Below, piece after piece: positions 24,898-34,371 of a DNA stretch of 55,876 nucleotides. How positions within the stretch are numbered: position 1 is the stretch's first letter; every line of letters begins with the position of its first letter. The translations under genes were made by a program, and so were the position numbers. The notes under the pieces are model-generated. The model was not told the DNA's origin. It saw only the letters and a list, made by a program, of their open reading frames with translations, and searched no databases. The stretch comes from Patescibacteria group bacterium (GTDB lineage: Bacteria > Patescibacteriota > Minisyncoccia > Phycocordibacterales > UBA6065), in the NCBI GenBank assembly GCA_038063975.1, contig JBBTTY010000041.1:1-55876 (forward strand). The letters run 5' to 3'.

Positions 24898-26595
24898 TTA
24901 TCTATCGGGAGGAATATCATAATAATTAATCAAAAACTTTACGAGGTCAATGAAAGGCATAGTGAGGGTATGACTGGCATACTGTGCTCCTCTCGGATAA
25001 ACCGTAAAGAGAAAAATAATGAAACGCGGTTTGTATGCCGGAAAATAGCCGAAAAACGAATGCAGATATCTGTCTTCATAATACCCCCTGCCGTCCTCGA
25101 GAGCCATCTGCGCCGTCCCTGTTTTTGCGGCTATGGAATAACGTGGCTGTTTGACCGTTCCGTTGAGGAGCGCTTTATCCACCACTTCTACGAGCATACG
25201 TGTAATAGTCTCGGAAGTTTCCGGCTTAAAAACTCTCTCTGTATTGTCGTACGAGGGTGTCTTTGAAATACCTGTCACATAGTCTATGCGTTTTACTATA
25301 TGCGGATTTGGAAGTGTCCCACCATTTCCTAAAGCAGACAGAGCGCGTACTGTTTCAATCGGTGTCATGGCTATACCCTGACCGAAAGCCGCCGTGGCAT
25401 ATTCTATATCGCGCGGACTATCTAGATTTTTTATCAGACCATGTGTTTCTCCCGGCAGATCTATGCCTGTTTCTTTGCCAAAACCGTATGATTTAAAATA
25501 TTTTGAAATTTTTTCGTTGCCGAGTTTTAGCGCAACAAATGCCATGCCAGTATTGAGTGATTGATTTAAAACTTCCTGCATAGGTACATTACCTCTGCCC
25601 TTGCCGTCAAAATTGGATATTTTGGCTCCATTTATAGTTATAAAACCATAGTCTGTATATGTAGTTTGAGGTGTGATAACTCCTGCGTCAATTCCTGCCG
25701 CCATGGTCAGAGGTTTTATAATAGAACCCATCTCATAAACTCTGTCTATGAGTGGGTTGCCGAAGACAGCCGAATTTTTTTCCCCAGCAAAATCATTTGG
25801 ATCAAATGAAGGTAAAACTGCCATGGCGTATATTTCTCCTGTCATAGGATCCATGATGATGCCTCCGACGAGATCGGATTTCCACATCGCTAGGACAGAA
25901 GAAATTTTCTTTTCCAGTTCCTGTTCAACCGTAGGCTCGATTGATGTGATGATATCGCCTCCGGTAGATACATCATTGTCAAAAACTTTACCTAGATCAG
26001 AAAAAATTTTGGCAAAAAAGTTGCCGTATAAATCAGAGGAATCACGGGTGAGAATATCGTTGTAGTATCTCTCTAGACCATAACTGCCAGCCAGAGTTGT
26101 GCCGTCTTCTTGGAATCCGACGAATCCCAAAACATTGGCGGCTGTTTTGCCACCAGGATATATTCTCCAACGTTCTTTATATGTGTTCACTCCTGCCAGA
26201 TCGAGATCTTGTATGCGTTTGGCGGTTTTTTCATTTACCCGTTTTACTATTTCCACATAGGTTTTGTTTGTTTCGATTTTGGTCAAAAGTACCGATTCAT
26301 CTATGGACAAAATTCCGGACAAAGCATTGAAAACATCTTCAGGCTGTTCAATTTTTTTTGGTTCAATGGCGATGATCCAGCCAGTGGCGAGAGTGGCTGC
26401 TGAAATGATATTACCTGTTTCTGGTGAAAAAAAAATAGAGCCTCGATCATATATAGCTTGTCCTCTCTTCACATATTGTTTGTCAGCTTGATCTCTGTAG
26501 ATTTGGCTTTCTAGAACTTGAATATAATAAAGCCGACTAATCAGAATGAGAGCGAAAGCCAATATGAAAACCTTTAACAGTTGTATTCGGCGCAT
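24898..26595 (-). CDS. ftsI: Class B penicillin-binding protein (division transpeptidase)
   Basis: SIIKP (SxxK), SLN (SxN), KTGTA; N-terminal TM; between ftsL-like gene and murF. Confidence 0.85.
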   Translation of the reverse strand: MRRIQLLKVFILAFALILISRLYYIQVLESQIYRDQADKQYVKRGQAIYDRGSIFFSPETGNIISAATLATGWIIAIEPKKIEQPEDVFNALSGILSIDESVLLTKIETNKTYVEIVKRVNEKTAKRIQDLDLAGVNTYKERWRIYPGGKTAANVLGFVGFQEDGTTLAGSYGLERYYNDILTRDSSDLYGNFFAKIFSDLGKVFDNDVSTGGDIITSIEPTVEQELEKKISSVLAMWKSDLVGGIIMDPMTGEIYAMAVLPSFDPNDFAGEKNSAVFGNPLIDRVYEMGSIIKPLTMAAGIDAGVITPQTTYTDYGFITINGAKISNFDGKGRGNVPMQEVLNQSLNTGMAFVALKLGNEKISKYFKSYGFGKETGIDLPGETHGLIKNLDSPRDIEYATAAFGQGIAMTPIETVRALSALGNGGTLPNPHIVKRIDYVTGISKTPSYDNTERVFKPETSETITRMLVEVVDKALLNGTVKQPRYSIAAKTGTAQMALEDGRGYYEDRYLHSFFGYFPAYKPRFIIFLFTVYPRGAQYASHTLTMPFIDLVKFLINYYDIPPDR

Positions 26596-26604
26596 GAAGC
26601 AAGG

Positions 26605-26925
26605 CTATCTATTGAAGGATAGAGAGATAGATGGTCTCTTTGCAATATATGTTGGTTCGACTAGAGATTCTATAAAACCAATTGAACGAGCATATTCAAT
26701 ATTGATTTCAGTTTTAGTCGACAAAAACTGCCCTTCCAAATTTCCGACGGAAGAAGCCAATTGAGCGATTTCTGCATGCATGTTTTTTGTTGCTACGATA
26801 TATGTGATAGCTCCGTTTACAAAATAAACATATGCGGATATGAAGAGAAAAGCAATAGAGAGGAATATCCATGCCGTCATTGGCTGTTCCATTGTTTCGA
26901 TTTTTGCTTGTACATATTGTGTCAT
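26605..26925 (-). CDS. FtsL-like small bitopic membrane protein
   Basis: 106 aa, one TM followed by coiled coil; position between rsmH and ftsI. Confidence 0.5.
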   Translation of the reverse strand: MTQYVQAKIETMEQPMTAWIFLSIAFLFISAYVYFVNGAITYIVATKNMHAEIAQLASSVGNLEGQFLSTKTEINIEYARSIGFIESLVEPTYIAKRPSISLSFNR

Positions 26926-26943
26926 ATATTTTATTTTTAATTT

Positions 26944-27840
26944 TTATTGCTTTATGAAAATTCTTAGTTTAGCGCTTCGCGATCTGGGATTTTGTGAAAT
27001 TTCCTCAAAGTCAGGCACGATAGGTTTTTTTGTAAACGGTTCACCATAGTCATTCTTTTGCGCCTCTTTCATGAAATTTTTTACAATACGGTCTTCGAGG
27101 CTGTGAAAGGATATAATTGCCATCCTACCCCCTGTTTTGAGGCTTTTGAGACCGATCTCTAGAGCTGATTTGAGACTATCGAGTTCGTCATTTACCGCTA
27201 TGCGCAGAGCTTGGAAGGTTCTGGTAGCTGGATGGATTTTACCTCTCTTGTATATGGCAGGTACCGAACTTGAAACTATATCCACCAAATCATCTGTTGT
27301 TTCTATAGATTTTTTTTGCCTTCTCTCTACTATAGCTTTGGCAATTCGCCGAGAGTATCTCTCGTCACCGTAGGCATATATGACGTTGGCTATATCTTCT
27401 TGAGCCCAGGTGTTGACAATGTCGCGAGCGGTAAAAGAATCTTTGTTCGGATTTTTTTCCATGGTCATGAGCAGGGGCTCATTTTTTTTGAAGCTGAAGC
27501 CTCGACCGGAAGAATCCAAATGAGGAGAAGATAGTCCCAAATCAAGTATGATTTTATCTGCGTGATCTTTGCCTGATTCTTTCAAGAACCCATCCATGTT
27601 CCGAAAATTTCCCCGAAAGAGTCTGAAGCTCTTCGGATCGACTCCGGCTCCCATCAGTTTTTTTCTCGATTCCTCTATAGCATCTTCGTCTCTATCAATA
27701 CCTATGAGAAAAATTCCTTTTTCTTTTAGCAGAGCGCCGATTGCATGTCCCGCTCGGCCTAAAGTACCGTCAATGACAACATCGCCAGCTTTGAGATCGA
27801 GACCATCTATTGTTTCTTGTAAAAGAACTGCCTGATGCAT
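26944..27840 (-). CDS. rsmH: 16S rRNA (cytosine1402-N4)-methyltransferase RsmH
   Basis: MHQAVLLQETIDGL..DGTLGRAGH, ISFHSLEDRIVK signatures. Confidence 0.92.
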   Translation of the reverse strand: MHQAVLLQETIDGLDLKAGDVVIDGTLGRAGHAIGALLKEKGIFLIGIDRDEDAIEESRKKLMGAGVDPKSFRLFRGNFRNMDGFLKESGKDHADKIILDLGLSSPHLDSSGRGFSFKKNEPLLMTMEKNPNKDSFTARDIVNTWAQEDIANVIYAYGDERYSRRIAKAIVERRQKKSIETTDDLVDIVSSSVPAIYKRGKIHPATRTFQALRIAVNDELDSLKSALEIGLKSLKTGGRMAIISFHSLEDRIVKNFMKEAQKNDYGEPFTKKPIVPDFEEISQNPRSRSAKLRIFIKQ

Positions 27841-27858
27841 ACGGTTGACTGCGATCGA

Positions 27859-28293
27859 TTAGATCACGCCTACCTGGCCTAATTTTTCAGCCAAAGCGCC
27901 GGCTTTACCCTCAACGCCTTTTTTATAGCTGGTCCATGCTTTTTCGTTCCAGATTTCAACGCGAGATTGCACACCGACCACAGCGACCTTGCCTTTGAGC
28001 TTTGCCCAATTTTGGAGAAAATCCGGAACGAGGATGCGACCGATGGAATCAACGTCCGCCTCGACCGCCCCGCCAAACATAAATCGGCTGAAACTTCGGC
28101 TGTCGGATTGGCCAATAGAGGCTTCCGAGAGCTTTGTTGAAATTTTGTCCCATTCTTTTGGCATGAAGACAAACAGACAATGATCGAGACCGGGCGTGAC
28201 CACTACTCTCTTGCCCATGCTCTCTCTGAATTTTGCCGGCAGAGAAATGCGGTTTTTCTCGTCTATCGAATGTATGTATTCGCCTATGAGCAT
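27859..28293 (-). CDS. mraZ: Transcriptional regulator MraZ
   Basis: Two SpoVT/AbrB-type repeats (DEKNRISLP and DSIGRILVP); ORF-track start 28392 trimmed to ATG 28293 (MLIGEY...). Confidence 0.88.
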   Translation of the reverse strand: MLIGEYIHSIDEKNRISLPAKFRESMGKRVVVTPGLDHCLFVFMPKEWDKISTKLSEASIGQSDSRSFSRFMFGGAVEADVDSIGRILVPDFLQNWAKLKGKVAVVGVQSRVEIWNEKAWTSYKKGVEGKAGALAEKLGQVGVI

Positions 28294-28337
28294 GTATAGT
28301 GGGTTTTTATCGGAGAAAGTGTAATGATGTTCACTTT

Positions 28338-28402
28338 CCACTTTTTCCCACTTGTATAATAGTATATAACACTCTATCCCACTCTGATACATAGTTATCC
28401 AC
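28338..28402 (-). promoter_or_regulatory. Putative MraZ operator: four GTGG(G/A) boxes upstream of mraZ
   Basis: Plus-strand CCAC/CCCAC at 28338-41, 28347-51, 28378-82, 28398-402, spaced about 10, 31 and 20 bp. Confidence 0.35.
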
Positions 28403-28448
28403 TTTATTCATCTACAACACATATAGTTTTTGTGTCAAAAAAACATTA

Positions 28449-28494
28449 TAAAAGTGGCAGGTATAAGTTCGAGAACTTATACCTGCCACTTTTT
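28449..28494. terminator. Bidirectional terminator hairpin, empty-site paralog of family-1 stems
   Basis: AAAAGTGGCAGGTATAAGTTC GA GAACTTATACCTGCCACTTTT; stem differs from 20092-20108 by one compensated pair. Confidence 0.8.
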
Positions 28495-28497
28495 TGA

Positions 28498-29964
28498 CTA
28501 CTTAGACGATTTCTTTGGTCGCATCAGAGGGAAAGTTTGCACTTCACGTAGAGGTTTGTCTATGAGAAAGGCAAAAAGGCGCTCGCCAAAGCCAAAACCA
28601 CAGGTAGGTGGCATGCCGTGCTCGAGCATTTCAACGAATTCATAGTCAGCCATCATAGCTTGTTCATCTCCTCCATCTATCAATTTCTGCTGTGTATCAA
28701 AGCGCTTGCGCTGATCTATCGGATCATTCAGTTCCGAATATCCCCTGCCCATTTCACTACCGGCCAATATCGGCTGAAACATTTGAGCGACGTTCTTGCC
28801 TTCTATTGGTTTTGCCAGAGGAGCGACGAGTAGAGGATGATCAATGACAAAAGCCGGCCCGGAAATATTTTTGCGGCAGTATTTCCAAAGGGTGTCGAGT
28901 AGGCGCTCACGATTGTCACCCTCGTATTTTACTTTGAGCGAATCGAGTTTTTTCTTTATTTCAGAATTTTTTGCTTTTTCAATATCCAAACCGGTCTGTC
29001 TCTTTATTTCTTCGGCATATCGGATTTCTTTCCATTCGAGAGCCAGATCAAACGTATGATCTCGAGTTGTAAACTTTGTCGTGCCGAAAACTTCTTTAGC
29101 AATTGTTCTATACAGTTCTTGGACGAGTTTCATACCGTCTCGATAATCGGCGTAAGCCCAATAAAATTCCATATTTGTAAATTCTTGGAGGTGTTCCTGG
29201 CTCGAGCCTTCATTGCGAAACGCCCGTCCAATTTCAAATGTTTTCTGAAAACCGCCAGCCATTAGTCTTTTCTGCCAGAGTTCGCCTACTGATATACGCA
29301 AATAAACATCTATGTTAAAATCATTGTGGTGCGTTTTGAAAGGCCGCGCTTCTGCTCCACCAGTGGTCAATTCGAGCGTAGGTGTTTCAACTTCCAAAAA
29401 TCCTTCTTTTTTCAAAAATTCACGCGTCACATCCCAAAATTTGGCTTTCTTTTTGAATATATCGCGGAGTACTGGTGTCATAATCATATCGAGATAGCGT
29501 TTGCGATATCGCTCATCTTCGTCTGTCAGGCCGTGCCATTTTTCAGGCAGAGGCAAGAGGGATTTTGAAGCCATGGTCCAAGAGGAAACTAGAATACTCT
29601 CTTCGCCTTTTTGGGTAGTAAAGAATATGCCTGTTACACTCACAAAATCACCAATATCCACGGTGTCAGTAAAAAGTTCAAAAAGAAGTTTGGGATTTAA
29701 GGTGTCTTTTTTGAAAACAGCTTGAAGTTTATCCTTGCCGTCGTCTAATACCACAAAAAGAATTGCTCCTTGTCCGCGTATAGCTATGATCCTGCCTGCC
29801 AGTGATATGGTTTTATTCTGTTTTACGAAATCGGCGAAATTCTTGCGTGCATCGCAGAGGCACATGTTCCGAGGAACCTTGGCTGGATAGGGATCCATAC
29901 CCGCTTGCCTTAAAAGCTCGAGTTTTGCAAGTCTCGAAAGTCGTATTTTATCTAGTGGTGCCAT
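28498..29964 (-). CDS. lysS: Lysine--tRNA ligase (class II)
   Basis: OB-fold N-domain, class II motifs (FRNEG, GFGFGERL), 488 aa. Confidence 0.92.
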   Translation of the reverse strand: MAPLDKIRLSRLAKLELLRQAGMDPYPAKVPRNMCLCDARKNFADFVKQNKTISLAGRIIAIRGQGAILFVVLDDGKDKLQAVFKKDTLNPKLLFELFTDTVDIGDFVSVTGIFFTTQKGEESILVSSWTMASKSLLPLPEKWHGLTDEDERYRKRYLDMIMTPVLRDIFKKKAKFWDVTREFLKKEGFLEVETPTLELTTGGAEARPFKTHHNDFNIDVYLRISVGELWQKRLMAGGFQKTFEIGRAFRNEGSSQEHLQEFTNMEFYWAYADYRDGMKLVQELYRTIAKEVFGTTKFTTRDHTFDLALEWKEIRYAEEIKRQTGLDIEKAKNSEIKKKLDSLKVKYEGDNRERLLDTLWKYCRKNISGPAFVIDHPLLVAPLAKPIEGKNVAQMFQPILAGSEMGRGYSELNDPIDQRKRFDTQQKLIDGGDEQAMMADYEFVEMLEHGMPPTCGFGFGERLFAFLIDKPLREVQTFPLMRPKKSSK

Positions 29965-29982
29965 AGGGCAATTATACCTGAT

Positions 29983-30453
29983 TTATTCTACAGAGACGAT
30001 TTTATAGAAAATAGTCCCTTTTGAAGTTTTTATCGTAACACTATCACCACTCTTTTTTCCTATGAGGACTGAACCTAGAGGAGAAAGATTTGAGATCTTA
30101 CCTTCAGTCATATTAACTTCATCTGAGCCGACAATTTTAAATTTCTGCATGCCCTTGATTCCTTGTTTTTCGACAGTTACAAGCGAGCCTATAGACACAT
30201 GATCGCCATGAGTTTCGTGGACGATTTCGGCCGTTTTGAGAGTATTTTCAATGGTTGAAATACGATCTTCTGTAGTTGCCTGTAATTCTCTCGCCTCTTG
30301 ATATTCGGCATTTTCGGAGAGGTCTCCTAGAGATCTAGCATATTCGAGACTGGTCGCTACTTCTTTTCTCTTTACTGTCTTTAGAATCTCTAACTCTTTC
30401 TCCAATTCTTTAAACTTCTCGCCGGTGAGGTATTTTGTGGTATCCATCATCAT
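29983..30453 (-). CDS. greA: Transcription elongation factor GreA
   Basis: Coiled-coil N-domain with GDLSENAEY, FKBP-like C-domain. Confidence 0.9.
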   Translation of the reverse strand: MMMDTTKYLTGEKFKELEKELEILKTVKRKEVATSLEYARSLGDLSENAEYQEARELQATTEDRISTIENTLKTAEIVHETHGDHVSIGSLVTVEKQGIKGMQKFKIVGSDEVNMTEGKISNLSPLGSVLIGKKSGDSVTIKTSKGTIFYKIVSVE

Positions 30454-30573
30454 AAATGGGAATTATTTGTTATGTGGCCTAGTATATCACAGATTTCTAT
30501 AATTACAAAAATTGCAAAGTTTTTCCACCGAAAAACTTCCGTACTCCACACAAACACGTCCTCTGCTTTTATT

Positions 30574-32265
30574 TTACTTCAAATACTCTGGTGCATATAT
30601 ATGCATCCAATCCAGAAGTTCTCGCATGACGAATGTGGCGCCGTATACATTGGCACGTGGACCGTGTTCCATAATGACAACGAAAGCATACTTTGGATCA
30701 TCGTATGGAAAAAAACCAGTGACCCATGAATTGACATAAGTTTTTGAGATACCCAATTCCGCCGTACCGGTTTTCGCCCCTACTTCAACATATGGAACAT
30801 TGAGCCCGCTTGCCGTGCCAATCAGAACCCCTTGCCTCATGCCTTCGCGGACAATTTTAAAATGAAACGGGTCAATTGACATTTTATCTGCCATAACACC
30901 ATTTTCTCCTGAAATTTTTAAAATGCTCGGATGGAACAATAGGCCACCGTTCGCCACTGCGCCAACCGCTTTAAGTATCTGAAGTGGTGTCACTTGAAAG
31001 CCGTACTGGCCAATAGCTGTAAAGTAAGTGTCACCTATTCTCCATGGATCGCCGGGGAAAACTTTTTCTTTCCATGATGGAGAAGGAATAGTGCCAGCAG
31101 GCCCAACAAAATAATCACTTTCCAGATTTTTTCCCAAACCAAACAGAGAGAAATATTGTTTGAGCCTCTCTATGCCGAGCCCTCGTTGGTTTTCGAATCC
31201 TCCACCAATCTCATAAAAATAAACATTTGAAGATACAGCGATAGCTTTTCTCATATCTACGAGGCCATGCGCCTTCCAATCCATAAAAACACTTTTTTTC
31301 TCCGGATCATATGGATTGGGAATACTTATAGATCCTGTGCTCGCTATTTCTTTTTCCGGGTCAATGATTTCTTCTTCCAAGGCGGCGATGGCAATATATG
31401 GTTTTATGATGGAACCAGGCGTATATAATCCGCTGATTATACGATTGAGAAAAGGTTTTTTCTTGTCAGTCAAAAACTTTGAAATGGTCTCATCATCTGT
31501 GCCGTCGGACATGATTTGACTATCATATTCAGGAAAACTAGTCAGAGCGATTATTTCTCCTGTTCGCACATCCATAATCGCCCCTCCACCTCCTGTAAAG
31601 CCGACCCGATCTGCTAATTCCTTGATGTAATAAAAGAGTTTTGTCTCGACTGCCGAATCGACAGATAGCGTTATATTCTCGCCGTCTACTGCTCTCCGTA
31701 TGACTGATTCAGATTTTATATTTCCCACGGCATCCAGTTCTATGATTTCCAGTCCATGTTTTCCTTTGAGTTTATCATCATATATTTTTTCGACACCAGT
31801 CACGCTCTCAAAATCACTGCGATAATAAAAACCCTGTTTGTCTTTGGAGGGATATTTAATATAACCGAGTACATGAGAGAGGCCTGCCGCTTTGAAATAA
31901 TTTCGTGTAGAAAAATCATTTTCTGCCACACTCCCTTTATTCCAAGCTAATATGACATTGTTTATGTCATATATCGCTCCTCTCTCGGCAAAAATTATAG
32001 TTTCATTGACCACGTTATTTTCACTTATAGCACTATAATTTTTTCCGTCTTTTGCTTGCAGGGTCCAGGCGCGACCTAGGAGAATGATCATGATAAACAG
32101 ACATGAGCCAGAAAGGGTGATGATAGAAGCTACAGAAATAGATTTCTCTAGCCGACCTTCAAATTGATTTACGTCAAAACCGGGCATATTCTCTGAATCG
32201 AGAAATATTTCATCAGGATCAATCTCGTGCCGGACGACTGATTTTTGTCTACGAAAAAAATTCAC
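30574..32265 (-). CDS. mrdA: Class B penicillin-binding protein 2 (elongation transpeptidase)
   Basis: SIIKP, SSN, KTGTAE; immediately downstream of mreBCD. Confidence 0.85.
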   Translation of the reverse strand: MNFFRRQKSVVRHEIDPDEIFLDSENMPGFDVNQFEGRLEKSISVASIITLSGSCLFIMIILLGRAWTLQAKDGKNYSAISENNVVNETIIFAERGAIYDINNVILAWNKGSVAENDFSTRNYFKAAGLSHVLGYIKYPSKDKQGFYYRSDFESVTGVEKIYDDKLKGKHGLEIIELDAVGNIKSESVIRRAVDGENITLSVDSAVETKLFYYIKELADRVGFTGGGGAIMDVRTGEIIALTSFPEYDSQIMSDGTDDETISKFLTDKKKPFLNRIISGLYTPGSIIKPYIAIAALEEEIIDPEKEIASTGSISIPNPYDPEKKSVFMDWKAHGLVDMRKAIAVSSNVYFYEIGGGFENQRGLGIERLKQYFSLFGLGKNLESDYFVGPAGTIPSPSWKEKVFPGDPWRIGDTYFTAIGQYGFQVTPLQILKAVGAVANGGLLFHPSILKISGENGVMADKMSIDPFHFKIVREGMRQGVLIGTASGLNVPYVEVGAKTGTAELGISKTYVNSWVTGFFPYDDPKYAFVVIMEHGPRANVYGATFVMRELLDWMHIYAPEYLK

Positions 32266-32274
32266 AAAATTATG

Positions 32275-32523
32275 TTACCACACTACTCTGTTTCGAATAA
32301 TGGCCGAGAGAAAAAAAATGATAACAGAAAAAACAGAGAAAATATATGCTAAGCCATATATACCTAATTTTGTACCGTAAAAGGCGTCTATGAGAATGCC
32401 GAAAAAAATAGCTTCATAAAATCTGGGAATTGCAAAACATGAAATAATGAGGATGGTAGTGGTGATCCACCAAGGAAAAAAAAGTATTGATGTGATGATA
32501 ATGATATTTGCGACTGTTCTCAT
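32275..32523 (-). CDS. MreD-like small polytopic membrane protein
   Basis: 82 aa, 3 hydrophobic helices, located between mreC and mrdA, 4-nt overlap with mreC. Confidence 0.45.
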   Translation of the reverse strand: MRTVANIIIITSILFFPWWITTTILIISCFAIPRFYEAIFFGILIDAFYGTKLGIYGLAYIFSVFSVIIFFLSAIIRNRVVW

Positions 32524-33317
32524 TGTTTGATTTGTACTTCTACGAAGTTTATATCATAGATATTTATAGGTGTTTTGAAAAGAATGGTTGAAAAAGAATC
32601 AGCCGAATCAACAATAATGCTCTCAACCACTCCCAAGATATGAAATTTTATATTTGGCAGTATTACTATATCTCCTTCTTTTATATCAGCGGAAGCAGGC
32701 ACGTTCGCTATAAAATTACCTCCCCCTCTGCCCGTAGCTTCCGTGTTTATTTTTGATCCTGTAAATAAAACATTTATTTTTTTGCCTGGGGTGGAAAATA
32801 AACTCACTTTTGACTGATGTGGATATACTTCTGCAATTTCTCCTATGATTACATCACTTGCCGTATAAACCAAGGCACCAACTTCAATTCCGTCTCTCGA
32901 TCCTATGTCTATGACGAGCGTATCATATGGAGAAACCGGTGGTCTAGTCAAAACGACACCCAAAATTATCCGTCCTTCAGGAATTCTGGCGAGCATATTT
33001 TTGAGATTTTCATTTTCTTGTTTTAATGTGTCGAGCATGAGCAGTGATGTTTCTTTAGAGCGAATTTTTTCCACTAGCGTCTCATTTTCCTTTAGCAAAC
33101 TGTTTTTTGATTTCATAGTCTTTGCTATATGCCCCATCCAACCGACAAAAGAGTTTTCGATTTTCCACGCCAGAGATGCCACAGGATAAAATAAAGAAGC
33201 ATAAAAACGTGGAAAGAAGAAATGCAGGCCAAAAAGAAGTATAAGAAAGAGCATAATACCCACTATCGTCAGTCTGTTTTTCTTTTTTGCCGTATTACTG
33301 CGCTTTAGGTAGATCAT
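32520..33317 (-). CDS. mreC: Rod shape-determining protein MreC
   Basis: TM + coiled coil + beta-rich domain (GDIVILP, VTRPP); 23-nt overlap with mreB, ATG 33254 possible. Confidence 0.8.
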   Translation of the reverse strand: MIYLKRSNTAKKKNRLTIVGIMLFLILLFGLHFFFPRFYASLFYPVASLAWKIENSFVGWMGHIAKTMKSKNSLLKENETLVEKIRSKETSLLMLDTLKQENENLKNMLARIPEGRIILGVVLTRPPVSPYDTLVIDIGSRDGIEVGALVYTASDVIIGEIAEVYPHQSKVSLFSTPGKKINVLFTGSKINTEATGRGGGNFIANVPASADIKEGDIVILPNIKFHILGVVESIIVDSADSFSTILFKTPINIYDINFVEVQIKQ

Positions 33318-34359
33318 CTTCGTTTTGGATGAGCACGTCCTGATAAAGTTCGAAGTCTTCTAAAATAACGCCTGTACCGCGCGCCACGGCTGTAAGTGGA
33401 TCGTCCACTATATGGACGGGGATTTTGACGGCTTCTTCTATTAGTTTGTCAAGGCCACGAATGAGGGCCCCGCCACCGACGAGAAAAATGCCTCTCTGCA
33501 TGACATCAGCCAGAATTTCTGGTGGAGTTATTTCGAGTACTTCTTTTACCGAATCAACTAGATTGTCTATTGATTGTGATATGGCTTCACGAATGTCGGC
33601 ATCTGTCAGTATCACTTCACGAGGTAGTCCAGTAACCAAATCCCGGCCACGGATAGGAGCTTCGTGAGGAGTTGGCTCTGGCTTGACGACGCCTATGATA
33701 ATTTTTATATCTTCTGCGGTTTTTTCACCTATTAGTATTTTAAATTCGTTTCGGATGTATGAAATGATGTCGCTATTCATCTTATCGCCTGCGATTTTGA
33801 GGGATTTGGAACGCACCACACCACCTAGAGATATAACAGCGATATCAGTTGTGCCTCCGCCTATATCTATGATCATATTACCTGCTGGTTCATGAATAGG
33901 AAGCCTGATACCTATGGCCGCAGCCATAGGTTGTTCCACTATATGCACTTCTCTAGCCCCGGCATTTTTGGTGGCGTCGCGTACAGCTCTAGCTTCTACG
34001 TTGGTCACTCCGGAAGGAATACCGACGAGCACTCTTGGCCCGAAAAATTTTTTTGATTCTTTTTGCGCTCTGTTTATGAGATAAACAATCATTTCCTCAG
34101 CCACTTCAAAATCGGAAATAACTCCATCAACCAGAGGTTTTACTGCCGTGATATGAGCAGGTGTACGACCGAGCATATCTTTAGCTTGAGCACCGACAGC
34201 GACGACACGACCGGTTTTTTGATTGACAGCTACGACCGAAGGCTCGTTTATGACTATGCCCTGGCCTTTGACGTAGACCAGGGTATTAGCCGTACCGAGG
34301 TCTATGCCGATATCATGAGAGAAAGCAGTATATAATCTATCGAGTAATCCTATGGCCAT
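33295..34359 (-). CDS. mreB: Rod shape-determining protein MreB
   Basis: IGIDLGTANTLVY, DIGGGTTDIAV actin-fold phosphate motifs. Confidence 0.93.
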   Translation of the reverse strand: MAIGLLDRLYTAFSHDIGIDLGTANTLVYVKGQGIVINEPSVVAVNQKTGRVVAVGAQAKDMLGRTPAHITAVKPLVDGVISDFEVAEEMIVYLINRAQKESKKFFGPRVLVGIPSGVTNVEARAVRDATKNAGAREVHIVEQPMAAAIGIRLPIHEPAGNMIIDIGGGTTDIAVISLGGVVRSKSLKIAGDKMNSDIISYIRNEFKILIGEKTAEDIKIIIGVVKPEPTPHEAPIRGRDLVTGLPREVILTDADIREAISQSIDNLVDSVKEVLEITPPEILADVMQRGIFLVGGGALIRGLDKLIEEAVKIPVHIVDDPLTAVARGTGVILEDFELYQDVLIQNEDDLPKAQ

Positions 34360-34371
34360 GTGATGTATATG

